Shown one piece after another: positions 45,574 to 54,499 of a stretch of 64,000 bases of DNA (the first letter of the stretch is position 1; each line of letters starts with the position of its first letter). The stretch covers positions 8,523 to 72,522 of the forward strand of contig JAJPHY010000054.1 in assembly GCA_021325015.1 (NCBI GenBank). The letters are read 5' to 3'. A program made the position numbers and the translations under genes. The notes under the pieces are model-generated. The model was not told the origin of the DNA and did no database searches. It saw only the letters and a list, made by a program, of their open reading frames with translations. The DNA comes from Actinomycetota bacterium. Lineage in GTDB: Bacteria > Actinomycetota > UBA4738 > HRBIN12.

Positions 45574-46365
45574 GTGGAGATCGAGGTCGGAGGGCTCCGG
45601 ATCGCATACGAGCGGCGGGGGAGCGGACCGCCGATCGTCCTGCTCCACGGCGGGCTGGCCGACCACCGCGACTGGGAACCTCAGCTCGAAGGGCTCTGTG
45701 ACGAGCTCACGGTCGTCGCCTGGGACGCGCCGGGATGCGGAGGCTCGGACGACCCGCCGCCGGCGTTCCGGTTCCCCGATTACGCGGAGGTGCTCGCCGG
45801 GTTCATCGAGGAGCTCGGGCTGGAGAGGCCACACGTGCTCGGGCTCTCGTGGGGTTCGACGCTCGCTCTGGAGCTCTACCGCCGGCGCCCCGATGTGCCG
45901 CGAACGCTGATCCTGGCGGCCGCCTACGCGGGCTGGGCGGGCTCCCTGCTGCCCGAGGTGGTCGAACGGCGAGTGGCCGACACGCTGGCAGAGCTCGAGA
46001 CCCTTCCACCGCAGGACTATGCGAGGACGTGGATCCCGACTTTGTTCACGGAGCGTGCGCCCGCCGGGCTCGTCGAACACTACCTGGGGGTGATGGCCCA
46101 GTTCCACCCCGCCGGGGTCCGACCGATGCTCCACGCGATGGCCGAGGCGGACCTGCGGGAGGTTCTGCCGACGATCGGGGTCCCCACGCTCCTGCTCTAC
46201 GGGGAGCTGGACGTTCGCTCACCGATCGACGTGGCCCGCCAGATGCAGGCGCGCATTCCCGGCTCCACCCTCGTGGTGCTCCCCAAGGTCGGCCACATGG
46301 GCAACCTCGAGACGCCGGAGGCGTTCAACGCCGCGGTGCGCGAGTTCCTCGCCCGCGGAGGTTAA
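45574..46365 (+). CDS. Alpha/beta-fold hydrolase
   Basis: HGGLADHRDWE, nucleophile elbow GLSWGS and C-terminal His (KVGHMGNLE). Confidence 0.85.
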   Translation: MEIEVGGLRIAYERRGSGPPIVLLHGGLADHRDWEPQLEGLCDELTVVAWDAPGCGGSDDPPPAFRFPDYAEVLAGFIEELGLERPHVLGLSWGSTLALELYRRRPDVPRTLILAAAYAGWAGSLLPEVVERRVADTLAELETLPPQDYARTWIPTLFTERAPAGLVEHYLGVMAQFHPAGVRPMLHAMAEADLREVLPTIGVPTLLLYGELDVRSPIDVARQMQARIPGSTLVVLPKVGHMGNLETPEAFNAAVREFLARGG

Positions 46366-46877
46366 GTCTTGCCGCCTCGCCCGGTTTCCTCCAGGATCCG
46401 GCGGAGCACGGGCAGGACGAGCCGGTCCTTCTCGCGGCCGGCGGCCTCCTTGGACCGGATGACGTCGGCGAGCGAGGCCACGTCCACGTCGACCCCCAGG
46501 ATCCTGAGGCGCACGGCGTCCCTCGAGACGTCCTCGTATCCGGCGGTCCCCGTCGGCTCGAACGTGATGTCGAGCCGGCCGTGATCGGTCACGAGGTTCC
46601 ACACCGCAGAGGCGGCGAGCGATCGCGCGTCGTGATCGAACGGGAGCCCCTCGGGTTTGTCGACCGTCCAGACCCGCGCATGCATCGCCTTCAACGCCTC
46701 CGAGAGCCGGCGGAGGTTCTCCTCGGTTCGGTCCGGCACGACGTCGACGTCGACCGTGACGTACGGGGACCCGTGGATCACCGCGGCGAAGCCGCCGATG
46801 AGGACGAACCGTACCCCGTGCTCTCGAAGGACGGCGAGGATCCGCTCGGGCGCGAGCTCGGGTTCAGGACCGACCAC
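46362..46877 (-). CDS. Minimal nucleotidyltransferase-fold protein (putative toxin partner)
   Basis: FVLIGGFAAVIHGSPYVTVDVDVVPD is an NTase GS...D.D-like motif. The GTG start overlaps the 3' end of the upstream XRE gene by 14 nt. Confidence 0.65.
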   Translation of the reverse strand: MVGPEPELAPERILAVLREHGVRFVLIGGFAAVIHGSPYVTVDVDVVPDRTEENLRRLSEALKAMHARVWTVDKPEGLPFDHDARSLAASAVWNLVTDHGRLDITFEPTGTAGYEDVSRDAVRLRILGVDVDVASLADVIRSKEAAGREKDRLVLPVLRRILEETGRGGKT

Positions 46878-47232
46878 GGCGGTGTTCCATTGCGGCCCGG
46901 CGGCTGCGAACCTCCATCGCAGCCCGGCCGGCGCGGGCGAACCGGAGGGCGGCCTGGTGCTGCCGCACGCGCTCGTCCACGCTCAGGCGCAGGTTGGCCC
47001 GGGCGGCCACCCAGTCGGAGTCATCGAGCGGGACGATCGTCGATCCGAGCTCGAAGCCGCAGGCGCGGACGAGCTCTCGAGCACGAGCCAGGCTCGGCTC
47101 CGTGCGACCCCGCTCGATCCTGGCGATCGCGGACTGGGTGGTTCCGACCCGCCGGGCGAGCTCGGCCTGCGTGAGGCCGGCCCGCCGGCGGGCTTCCCGG
47201 ATCAGGGCTCCCCCGATCATGTCAGGGATCAT
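46864..47232 (-). CDS. XRE-family HTH transcriptional regulator (putative antitoxin)
   Basis: LIREARRRAGLTQAELARRVGTTQSAIARIERGRTEPSLARARELVRACGFEL is an HTH_3 motif. This is the C-terminal 123 aa of ORF 46864..48672. Confidence 0.7.
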   Translation of the reverse strand: MIPDMIGGALIREARRRAGLTQAELARRVGTTQSAIARIERGRTEPSLARARELVRACGFELGSTIVPLDDSDWVAARANLRLSVDERVRQHQAALRFARAGRAAMEVRSRRAAMEHRRGRS

Positions 47233-47397
47233 AGCGGAATTGCTATGCCCTCGCGACCTCTGCCCAGCCGCGGCGATCTGGATCGAGCTCCGGCAGGTGT
47301 CGGGGGGGAGCGGCCGTGGTCCCCTGCCCCATCCGAGCGCAGCTCCTGAGGGTCGCCGCCCACCTGGCCGAGCCTGCATCCGGCTATCGTCTTCGGC

Positions 47398-47658
47398 ATG
47401 GAGACCTGGGACGCCCTTCGAGCCCGACGCAACGTGAGGAGCTACGCCGACCGCCCGATCGCCCCCGACGACCTCGAACGCATCCTGGAGGCGGCCCGTC
47501 GGAGCCCGTCCTCGATGAACCAGCAGGCGTGGGACTTCGTCGTCGTCACCGACCGAGTGCGCCGCGGCCGAATCGCCGGCCGTTCGACCGGGTCGTCCAT
47601 CGCGAGCGCTGGTCGTAACCCCCTCGGGCCGGCCGATCGACACCGGCCCCGGAGTTGA
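47398..47658 (+). pseudogene. Nitroreductase-family gene remnant (N-terminal ~55 aa conserved, then divergence and a stop at 86 aa)
   Basis: DALRARRNVRSYADRPIAPDDLERILEAARRSPSSMNQQAWDFVVVTD matches nitroreductase N-termini. Full-length enzymes are 180-220 aa. The downstream sequence belongs to a convergent gene. Confidence 0.5.
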
Positions 47659-47702
47659 TCGCAGACCCGGGCCCGGACCGACTCGAGGGGGCCACGGCCG
47701 GC

Positions 47703-48575
47703 TCACCCGGCGGGGACCGAAGCTCCGAACGCGGCCGCGTGATCTCGAACGAACTCCCCGAACGTGCGGGGCCCGCGGCCCAGCAAGTCGCGGACGGTCG
47801 TGGTCACCCCGCTCAGCGAGCCCTCGCGGATCAGCCGGAAGACCCGCGGGAGGTGGACCACCAGCCATTCCGGCGCGCCGGTACCCCGGAGCTGGCCGAC
47901 CACCGACTCCTCGGGAACGTCCACGAACCGGACCTCGCGGCCGAGGACGGCCGAGAGCTCCTCGGCCGCCGCCCCGAACGTGATGGCCTCGGGACCGCTC
48001 AGCGTGTACGTCATGCCGGCGTGCCCGTCGCGGGTGAGGACCACCGATGCCACGGCGCCGGTGTCGGCGGGGTCGATCGTCGCTACTTTGCCCTCGCCGG
48101 CCGGAGCCGGCAGGACGCCCTGGCCGGCGATGGGCTCCGCCCAGGCCAGGAAGTTGGTCATGTAGAAGCAGGACCGCAAGATCGTCCAGGGCAGCCCCGT
48201 GGCCCGCAGGTGATCCTCGGCCAGGCCGTTCCAGTCGAACGTGGGGAGCGGGGATCCCGCCTCGGCAAGCACGGTCGACACCTTCACCACCCGCCCCACG
48301 CCCGCGCGCGCGGCCTCGTCGATCAGCCGCATCTCCCAGGCGGGCTTGTCGGGGCCGTCGGCGGTGGAGACCAGCAGGGCGTCCGCGCCGGTCACGGCCC
48401 TGCGGATGGCTTCCTCGTCGCCGAGGTCGCCCACCGCGAGCTCCACCCGGCCGCCGAGGAGCGCCCGCCCCTTCTCCCGGTCGCGGACGAACGCACGGAC
48501 GGGCTGGCCCGCCCGAACGAGCTCGCGGACGGCGCTCGAGCCGACGTTGCCGGTCGCTCCGGTCACCACGATCAC
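47703..48575 (-). CDS. NmrA-like / atypical SDR NAD(P)H-binding oxidoreductase
   Basis: Begins VIVVTGATGNVGSSAVRELVRAG. GTG 48575 has GGAGG upstream and overlaps the upstream stop (GTGA). Confidence 0.8.
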   Translation of the reverse strand: MIVVTGATGNVGSSAVRELVRAGQPVRAFVRDREKGRALLGGRVELAVGDLGDEEAIRRAVTGADALLVSTADGPDKPAWEMRLIDEAARAGVGRVVKVSTVLAEAGSPLPTFDWNGLAEDHLRATGLPWTILRSCFYMTNFLAWAEPIAGQGVLPAPAGEGKVATIDPADTGAVASVVLTRDGHAGMTYTLSGPEAITFGAAAEELSAVLGREVRFVDVPEESVVGQLRGTGAPEWLVVHLPRVFRLIREGSLSGVTTTVRDLLGRGPRTFGEFVRDHAAAFGASVPAG

Positions 48576-50005
48576 GCGGCACCTCCCTCCTCCCCGGGCT
48601 TCCCCGCGGGCACGATGTTCTGGTTGAGCCGGAACAGGTTGGCGGGGTCGTACCGGCGCTTGAGCTCGGCAAGGCGGGCGTACTTCTTGGGCCCGAACGA
48701 GCCCACCACCCGGTCCCCGTCGTCCTCGCTCGCGAAGTTGGTGTAGGTGCCGCCCGCCGAGAACGGCTGCATGGCGCGCCAGAGCGAGCGGGTCCAGGCG
48801 ATGTGGCGCCCGTCCTCGGTTGGATCGCTCCAGCGGGCGTTCACGTTCAGGATCGTGAACGCGTCGCGGTGGCCGAACGCGGTCGCCTCCTCCGGGACCC
48901 GCCCGACGGCGCCTCCGAGGTACGCGAACTTGAAGTCCGAGAGCGGGGATGTGATCGAGTCCAGATGCTCCAGCAGGATGCCGGTCGCCGCGTCCGGGAG
49001 CTCCTTCAGGAACTCGGCCTTCCAGTAGTTGCGGAGCCCCGGCCCCCAGCTCGCGTCCTGCATCGTCTGCATCTGCACGTACGGCCGAGGCTCGACCAGG
49101 TCGACGATCGGCCGGGCGACGGAGCGGATCGGGGAGATGGCCCGCTCGCCGTCCTCGAGCGCGCCGCAGTGGATCGCCGCGATCCCCACGATCGGACGCC
49201 CGTGGACCTCCTCGGGCAGGAACGGCGTCGGCGGCGCGAGCCGAAGCACGAGCCCGAGCATCAGGTCGTCGGGCGCCGCGTCGCGGAGCTCTCGATAGGC
49301 GGCGATCAGCTCCGACGCGCTCTCCGCCGGAAACAGCAGCATCCCGGCCATGACCGTGGGGCCCACGGGGTGGAGCTCGAGCTCGAACGAGGTGACGATG
49401 CCGAAGTTCCCGCCGCCTCCGCGCAGGGCCCACAGCAGGTCCGGGTCGTCCTCGGGCGAGGCCCGGACCAGCGAGCCGTCGGCCAGCACGACGTCGGCCG
49501 AGATCAGGTTGTCGCAGGCCAGCCCGTGACGGCGCTGGAGCCACCCGAGCCCTCCGCCGAGGGTGAACCCCGCTACGCCGGTCGAGCCGACGAGCCCGCC
49601 GGTGGTGGCCAAACCGAACGCCTGGGTCTCCCGGTCGAGCTCGGACCACACCACGCCCGGCTGAACGTGGGCCCGGCGGGCGAACGGATCCACCCGGATC
49701 CCCTTCATCCCCCCGAGGTCGATCACGAGGCCGCCGTCGCACGTCGAGTGCCCGGCCACGCTGTGCCCGCCGCTCCGGACGGCCACCAGCAGGTCGTGGT
49801 CGCGGGCGAAGCGGACCGCCGCCATCACGTCCGCGACGCCCCTTGGGCGGACGATCGCGGCGGGGCGCTTGTCGATCGAGCCGTTCCAGACGCGTCGGGC
49901 CTCCTCGTAGCCGTCGTCGACCGGCGTGACGATCCCCCCCGAGAGGCTCTCGGCCAGGCGCGCGAGCATGGCCGGGTCAAGCGCCCGGTCCGTGGAAACG
50001 GCCAC
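48572..50005 (-). CDS. FAD-linked oxidase, BBE-like (PCMH-type FAD-binding plus BBE C-terminal domain)
   Basis: RSGGHSVAGHS, GGGLGWLQRRHG and C-terminal YDPANLFRLNQNI are BBE signatures. Confidence 0.85.
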   Translation of the reverse strand: MAVSTDRALDPAMLARLAESLSGGIVTPVDDGYEEARRVWNGSIDKRPAAIVRPRGVADVMAAVRFARDHDLLVAVRSGGHSVAGHSTCDGGLVIDLGGMKGIRVDPFARRAHVQPGVVWSELDRETQAFGLATTGGLVGSTGVAGFTLGGGLGWLQRRHGLACDNLISADVVLADGSLVRASPEDDPDLLWALRGGGGNFGIVTSFELELHPVGPTVMAGMLLFPAESASELIAAYRELRDAAPDDLMLGLVLRLAPPTPFLPEEVHGRPIVGIAAIHCGALEDGERAISPIRSVARPIVDLVEPRPYVQMQTMQDASWGPGLRNYWKAEFLKELPDAATGILLEHLDSITSPLSDFKFAYLGGAVGRVPEEATAFGHRDAFTILNVNARWSDPTEDGRHIAWTRSLWRAMQPFSAGGTYTNFASEDDGDRVVGSFGPKKYARLAELKRRYDPANLFRLNQNIVPAGKPGEEGGAA

Positions 50006-50064
50006 GTCATCCCCCTCCCCTGCAGCGGATGACCCGAGGATGCGGGAGCGCGCTCGAGTCGCTC

Positions 50065-50104
50065 AAGTCCACGTTCTGGACCGTTCGGTCCCATTTCTGG
50101 ACTT
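50065..50104. promoter_or_regulatory. Nested palindromes AAGTCCA...TGGACTT with inner GTCCA-CGTTC-TGGAC between the divergent FAD oxidase and hxlR-family genes
   Basis: Read directly from the sequence. Confidence 0.3.
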
Positions 50105-50137
50105 GCCGCGGTGGACCCGTATGACCAAGATCGTCCG

Positions 50138-50827
50138 ATGAAGGGATACGGACAGTTCTGTCCGATGGCCCGGGCCTCGGAGCTGGTCGCGCAGCGGTGG
50201 ACCACGGTGATCATTCGGAACCTCCTGGCCGGGGCGACGACGTTCGGTGGCATCCTCGACGGCGCGCCGGGCCTGTCCAAGACGCTCCTCAGCCAGCGGC
50301 TTCAGCAGCTCGAGCGGCACCGGGTGATCCGACGCTCGCCGAACCCGAACGGCCGCGGCCACACGTACCACCTGACCGACATCGGGATGGAGCTCGCGCC
50401 GGTCCTCGAGGCGCTGGGCACCTGGGGCACGCGGTGGCTCGACCTGGACGCCGAGCACCTGGACCCCTACCCCGTGCTCTGGGACATCTCGAAGTTGATC
50501 GCCCAGGAGGATCTCCCGGAGCGGCGCGTGGTGATCCGCTTCGACATCACCGACCGCCGCTGGCGGAACCGGTTCTGGCTGGTCCTGGAGCCGCACGATC
50601 GGGAGGTGTGCACAGTAAATCCCGGGTGGACCGAGGACCTGGTGATCCGGCTGGACAGCCGCTCTCTAGCCGAGTGGCACATCGGCGATCTCGGGCTCCG
50701 GGAGGCGATGCGGGACGGCCGGATCCACATCGAGGGCCCTCCTCGGCTCACGCGCGAGTTCGAACGGCGGTGGCAGGGCCTGAGCTTCTTCGCCCGGGTC
50801 GAACGCCCCCTGGCCCGCGAGGGCTGA
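50138..50827 (+). CDS. HxlR-family winged-helix transcriptional regulator with C-terminal extension
   Basis: YGQFCPMARASELVAQRWTTVIIRNLLAGATTFGGILDGAPGLSKTLLSQRLQQLERHRVI. GTG 50111 is the alternative start. Confidence 0.75.
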   Translation: MKGYGQFCPMARASELVAQRWTTVIIRNLLAGATTFGGILDGAPGLSKTLLSQRLQQLERHRVIRRSPNPNGRGHTYHLTDIGMELAPVLEALGTWGTRWLDLDAEHLDPYPVLWDISKLIAQEDLPERRVVIRFDITDRRWRNRFWLVLEPHDREVCTVNPGWTEDLVIRLDSRSLAEWHIGDLGLREAMRDGRIHIEGPPRLTREFERRWQGLSFFARVERPLAREG

Positions 50828-50830
50828 GCC

Positions 50831-51100
50831 TCAGTCGTGTCTGGCCCTGGCAACGGCCTCCCGGGCCCTGCGCTCGGCCCACTCGGGAGAGAAGACCCGC
50901 AGCATCGTCGCGGCGTGCACGAGCAGGCCGATCCCCCACGCCGCGAGCGGCCAGTAGAACCACCAAGCCCCGCCCTCCCCGCGCCCGGGCCGGTCGGGAT
51001 CGCGCCCGCCCGCGAGGTCGACGCGAGAAAGATCCCTCGGCCGATCCGCTCGACGGATGGCAAATCCGGGCTCCCGCCGTACCGTTGACGGCGAACGAAC
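50831..51100 (-). CDS. Possible small 2-TM membrane protein (C-terminal WWFYWPLAAWGIGLLVHAATMLRVF); start unresolved
   Basis: Only the C-terminal ~60 aa of ORF 50831..51214 look coding. The N-terminus overlaps the ABC ATPase start. Weak call. Confidence 0.3.
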   Translation of the reverse strand, partial: VRSPSTVRREPGFAIRRADRPRDLSRVDLAGGRDPDRPGRGEGGAWWFYWPLAAWGIGLLVHAATMLRVFSPEWAERRAREAVARARHD

Positions 51101-51136
51101 CCTCGAGCGGCCCCCGACGACCAACGAGGAGTGCGC

Positions 51137-51905
51137 GATGGACACGAGCACGACCACCACCGATCTGCCGGGCCCGCCGAGCACGGCCGCCGCCCGCGCC
51201 GAAGGTCTCCGCAAGGTCTACGGGAGCGGCGACGCCGCGGTCGAGGCCCTCCGCGGCATCACAATCGCGTTCGAGCGCGAGCAGTTCACGGCGATCATGG
51301 GCCCTTCGGGCTCGGGCAAGTCCACGCTCCTGCACGTCATGGCCGGGCTCGACACGCCCACCGAGGGCAGGGTGTACGTCGGCGACGTCGACCTCACCAC
51401 CCTCTCCGAGCGCAAGCTCACCCAGCTCCGGCGCGACCGGCTCGGGTTCGTGTTCCAGGCCTTCAACCTCGTGCCGACGCTCACGGCCGCCGAGAACATC
51501 ACGCTCCCGCTCGACATCGCCGGGAGGAAAGACGAGCGCGGGTGGTTCGACGTCGTCGTGGACACGATCGGGCTCCGGGACCGCCTGCGCCACCGGCCGA
51601 GCGAGCTGTCGGGCGGCCAGCAGCAGCGCGTGGCGGCCGCGCGCGCCCTCGTCACGCGGCCCGAGATCGTGTTCGCGGACGAGCCCACCGGCAACCTCGA
51701 CTCGCGTTCGGGCGCCGAGCTCCTCTCGTTCCTGCGACAGGCCGTGCGCGAAGTGGGTCAGACGATCGTGATGGTCACTCACGACCCGGTGGCCGCGAGC
51801 TACGCAGACCGAGTCGTGTTCCTGGCCGACGGCAAGATCGCCGGCGAGATGACCGAGCCCACGGCCGAGCGGATCCTCGACCACATGAAGACGCTGGAGG
51901 CCTGA
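51137..51905 (+). CDS. ABC transporter ATP-binding protein (MacB/LolD/FtsE-like)
   Basis: Walker A GPSGSGKST, signature LSGGQQQRVAAARAL, Walker B IVFADEPTGNLD. ATG 51137 has GAGGAG upstream. Confidence 0.85.
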
Positions 51906-51908
51906 GCC

Positions 51909-54440
51909 GTGTGGCGGGCGACGTTCAAGAGCCTGCTCGCGCGCAAGGTGCGACTGCTGCTCACCACGCTCTCGGTGGTCCTCGGGGTCGGGTTCGTCGC
52001 GGGCACGTTCGTGCTGACCGACACGATGAACGCCACCTTCGACCAGCTCTTCCACAACCTCACGAAGAACACCGACGTGATCGTGCAGAGCCGGTCGGCC
52101 TTCGACTCGGCGGGGTCGAACAACGCCGACCAGCGCGAGCCCATGCCGGACTCCATCGTCCACACCATCGAGTCGGTGAACGGGGTGGCGAAGGCGATCC
52201 CCCAGGTCAACGGGTTCGCCCAGATCGTCGACCCGGCCACCGGCAAGCCGATCGGCGGGATGGGGCCACCGGCGATCGGCGCCTCCTGGAGCGGAGACCC
52301 GAGCGAGGCCATCACGCTGCGCTCCGGCGCGGCGCCCCACGGCCCGGACGAGACCGCGATCGATGCAGCGACCGCAAGGAAGTACGGGATCGGCCTCGGG
52401 GACCGCGTGAAGATCCTGTTCGAGGGCCCGTCGCACCTGTTCACGGTCACCGGCATCGTCGGCTTCGGCCAGGCCGACAACCTCGCCGGCGCGACGCTGG
52501 CCGTGTTCGACTTCCCCACGGCTCAACGGGTGCTCGACAAAGTGGGGCTCGCGGATGCGGTGGACGTGCAGGCAGACCCCGGCATCTCGGCGACGACGCT
52601 CCGCGACAGAGTCGCCGCGGTCCTGCCGAAGGGTATCGAGGCGATCACGGCCACCGACTTCGCCGACCAGCAGGCGGGGCAGATCCAGAGCGCGCTCGGC
52701 TTCTTCCGGACGGCGCTGCTGGTGTTCGCGGTCGTCGCCCTCTTCGTCGGCGGCTTCATCATCCTGAACACGTTCACGATCATCGTGACCCAGCGGACGC
52801 GCGAGCTCGCGCTGCTCCGCGCGATCGGCGCGAGCCGAGGCCAGGTCACGCGCTCGGTGCTGCTCGAGGCGGCGACCCTCGGCATGGTGGCCGGCGCCAT
52901 CGGGGTCGTGGCCGGGATCGGCATCGCGGTCGGGCTGCAAGCGCTGCTCGGCGCGTTCGGCATCGACCTGCCGAGCACCTCGACGCAGATCCTGCCGCGG
53001 ACCGTGATCGTCTCGCTCGCCGCCGGCCTGCTCGTCACGGTGATCGCCTCGGTCGTGCCGGCCCGGCGAGCCTCCGCCGTGGCGCCGGTGGAGGCCCTGC
53101 GCGCCGACGGCGCCCCGGCCGCGCGTTCGCTTCGCCGTCGCGTCCCCGCCGGAATCGCCGTGACCGCCGCCGGCGTGGGAACGCTCGCCTACGGCCTGGT
53201 CGGCGGCGGCGCGTTGCTGTTCGTCGGGCTCGGCGCCGCCGTGACGTTCGTGGGGGTCGCGATCCTCTCGGCGCTCATCGTTCGGCCGGCCGCGACGGCG
53301 GTCGGGTGGCCGCTCCGCGCGCTCGGGCTGCCGGGTCGGCTCGGCAGGGAGAACTCGCGGCGGAACCCGCGCCGCACGGCCTCGACCTCCGGAGCGCTGA
53401 TGGTCGGCCTCGGGCTGATGGCCTTCGTCGCGATCTTCGGCGCCTCGGTCCGGAGCTCGGTCGATCACGTGATCGCCGACACGGTGCGGGCAGACCTGTT
53501 CCTGAGCTCGAGCTCGTTCGAGGGGTTCGGACCGGACGCCGCCCAGGTCCTCCGCACGCTGCCGCAGATCGACGCCGTCTCGGAGTTCCGAGTCGTGCAG
53601 GCCCGGATCGCCGGCGGGAACGCGACGGTGACGGGCGTCGACCCGTCCTCGATCGGCCGGGTGGCGAACCTCGAGATGCGTTCGGGCTCCCTCGGCGCCC
53701 TCCGAGGGGACGCGGTGCTCGTGCAGGCCGACACCGCCGCCGAGCACGGATGGTCGTTGGGAGACCCGGTGCGGATCGAGTTCGCCCGCACGGGCACGCA
53801 GACGTTCACGCTCGCCGGCACGTACGAGCGGGACGAGATCGTCGGTCAGTACGTGATCCCGATGAGCGCGTTCGAGGCGAACGTCACGACGCAGCTCGAC
53901 CAGGCCGTGCTCGCCACGGCTGCGCCGGGCACGAGCGTCGCCGAGGCAGAACGAGCGGCGAGGAGCGCCCTCACGGACTTCCCGAACGTCCAGGTCCGCA
54001 ACCAGGCCGAGTTCCGCGCGCAGCAGGCCAAGCAGGTCGACGCCGCGATGTCGCTCATCACGGCGCTGCTGCTCCTCGCGGTGCTGATCTCGCTGTTCGG
54101 GATCGTGAACACGCTCGGCCTGTCGATCCACGAGCGCCGGCACGAGATCGGTCTCCTGCGGGCGGTGGGGATGAGCCGCGCCCAGGTGCGGCGGATGGTG
54201 CTCGCGGAGTCCGCCATCGTCGCGCTCCTCGGCGCGCTGCTCGGAACGGCCGTGGGCATCTTCTTCGGCTGGGCGGTCCAGCGATCACTCGCCGACCACG
54301 GCGTCTCGCAGTTCGCGATCCCCGGTGGCCAGCTCGCCCTCTACGTCGCGCTCGCCGCCGTTGCGGGAGTGCTCGCGGGGTTCGTTCCTGCGGTGCGCGC
54401 CTCCAGGCTCAGGATCCTGGACGCCATCGCCTACGAGTGA
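51909..54440 (+). CDS. ABC transporter permease with two FtsX domains (MacB-type, 843 aa)
   Basis: Two MacB_PCD/FtsX modules, each ending in four TM segments (ALLRAIGASRGQV and GLLRAVGMSRAQV). Confidence 0.85.
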   Translation: MWRATFKSLLARKVRLLLTTLSVVLGVGFVAGTFVLTDTMNATFDQLFHNLTKNTDVIVQSRSAFDSAGSNNADQREPMPDSIVHTIESVNGVAKAIPQVNGFAQIVDPATGKPIGGMGPPAIGASWSGDPSEAITLRSGAAPHGPDETAIDAATARKYGIGLGDRVKILFEGPSHLFTVTGIVGFGQADNLAGATLAVFDFPTAQRVLDKVGLADAVDVQADPGISATTLRDRVAAVLPKGIEAITATDFADQQAGQIQSALGFFRTALLVFAVVALFVGGFIILNTFTIIVTQRTRELALLRAIGASRGQVTRSVLLEAATLGMVAGAIGVVAGIGIAVGLQALLGAFGIDLPSTSTQILPRTVIVSLAAGLLVTVIASVVPARRASAVAPVEALRADGAPAARSLRRRVPAGIAVTAAGVGTLAYGLVGGGALLFVGLGAAVTFVGVAILSALIVRPAATAVGWPLRALGLPGRLGRENSRRNPRRTASTSGALMVGLGLMAFVAIFGASVRSSVDHVIADTVRADLFLSSSSFEGFGPDAAQVLRTLPQIDAVSEFRVVQARIAGGNATVTGVDPSSIGRVANLEMRSGSLGALRGDAVLVQADTAAEHGWSLGDPVRIEFARTGTQTFTLAGTYERDEIVGQYVIPMSAFEANVTTQLDQAVLATAAPGTSVAEAERAARSALTDFPNVQVRNQAEFRAQQAKQVDAAMSLITALLLLAVLISLFGIVNTLGLSIHERRHEIGLLRAVGMSRAQVRRMVLAESAIVALLGALLGTAVGIFFGWAVQRSLADHGVSQFAIPGGQLALYVALAAVAGVLAGFVPAVRASRLRILDAIAYE

Positions 54441-54499
54441 CGCCCGCGGGCCCCGACCGCGCCGGTCTCGCGCCTCGGTCAGTCGCCGTGCTCGAGAGC

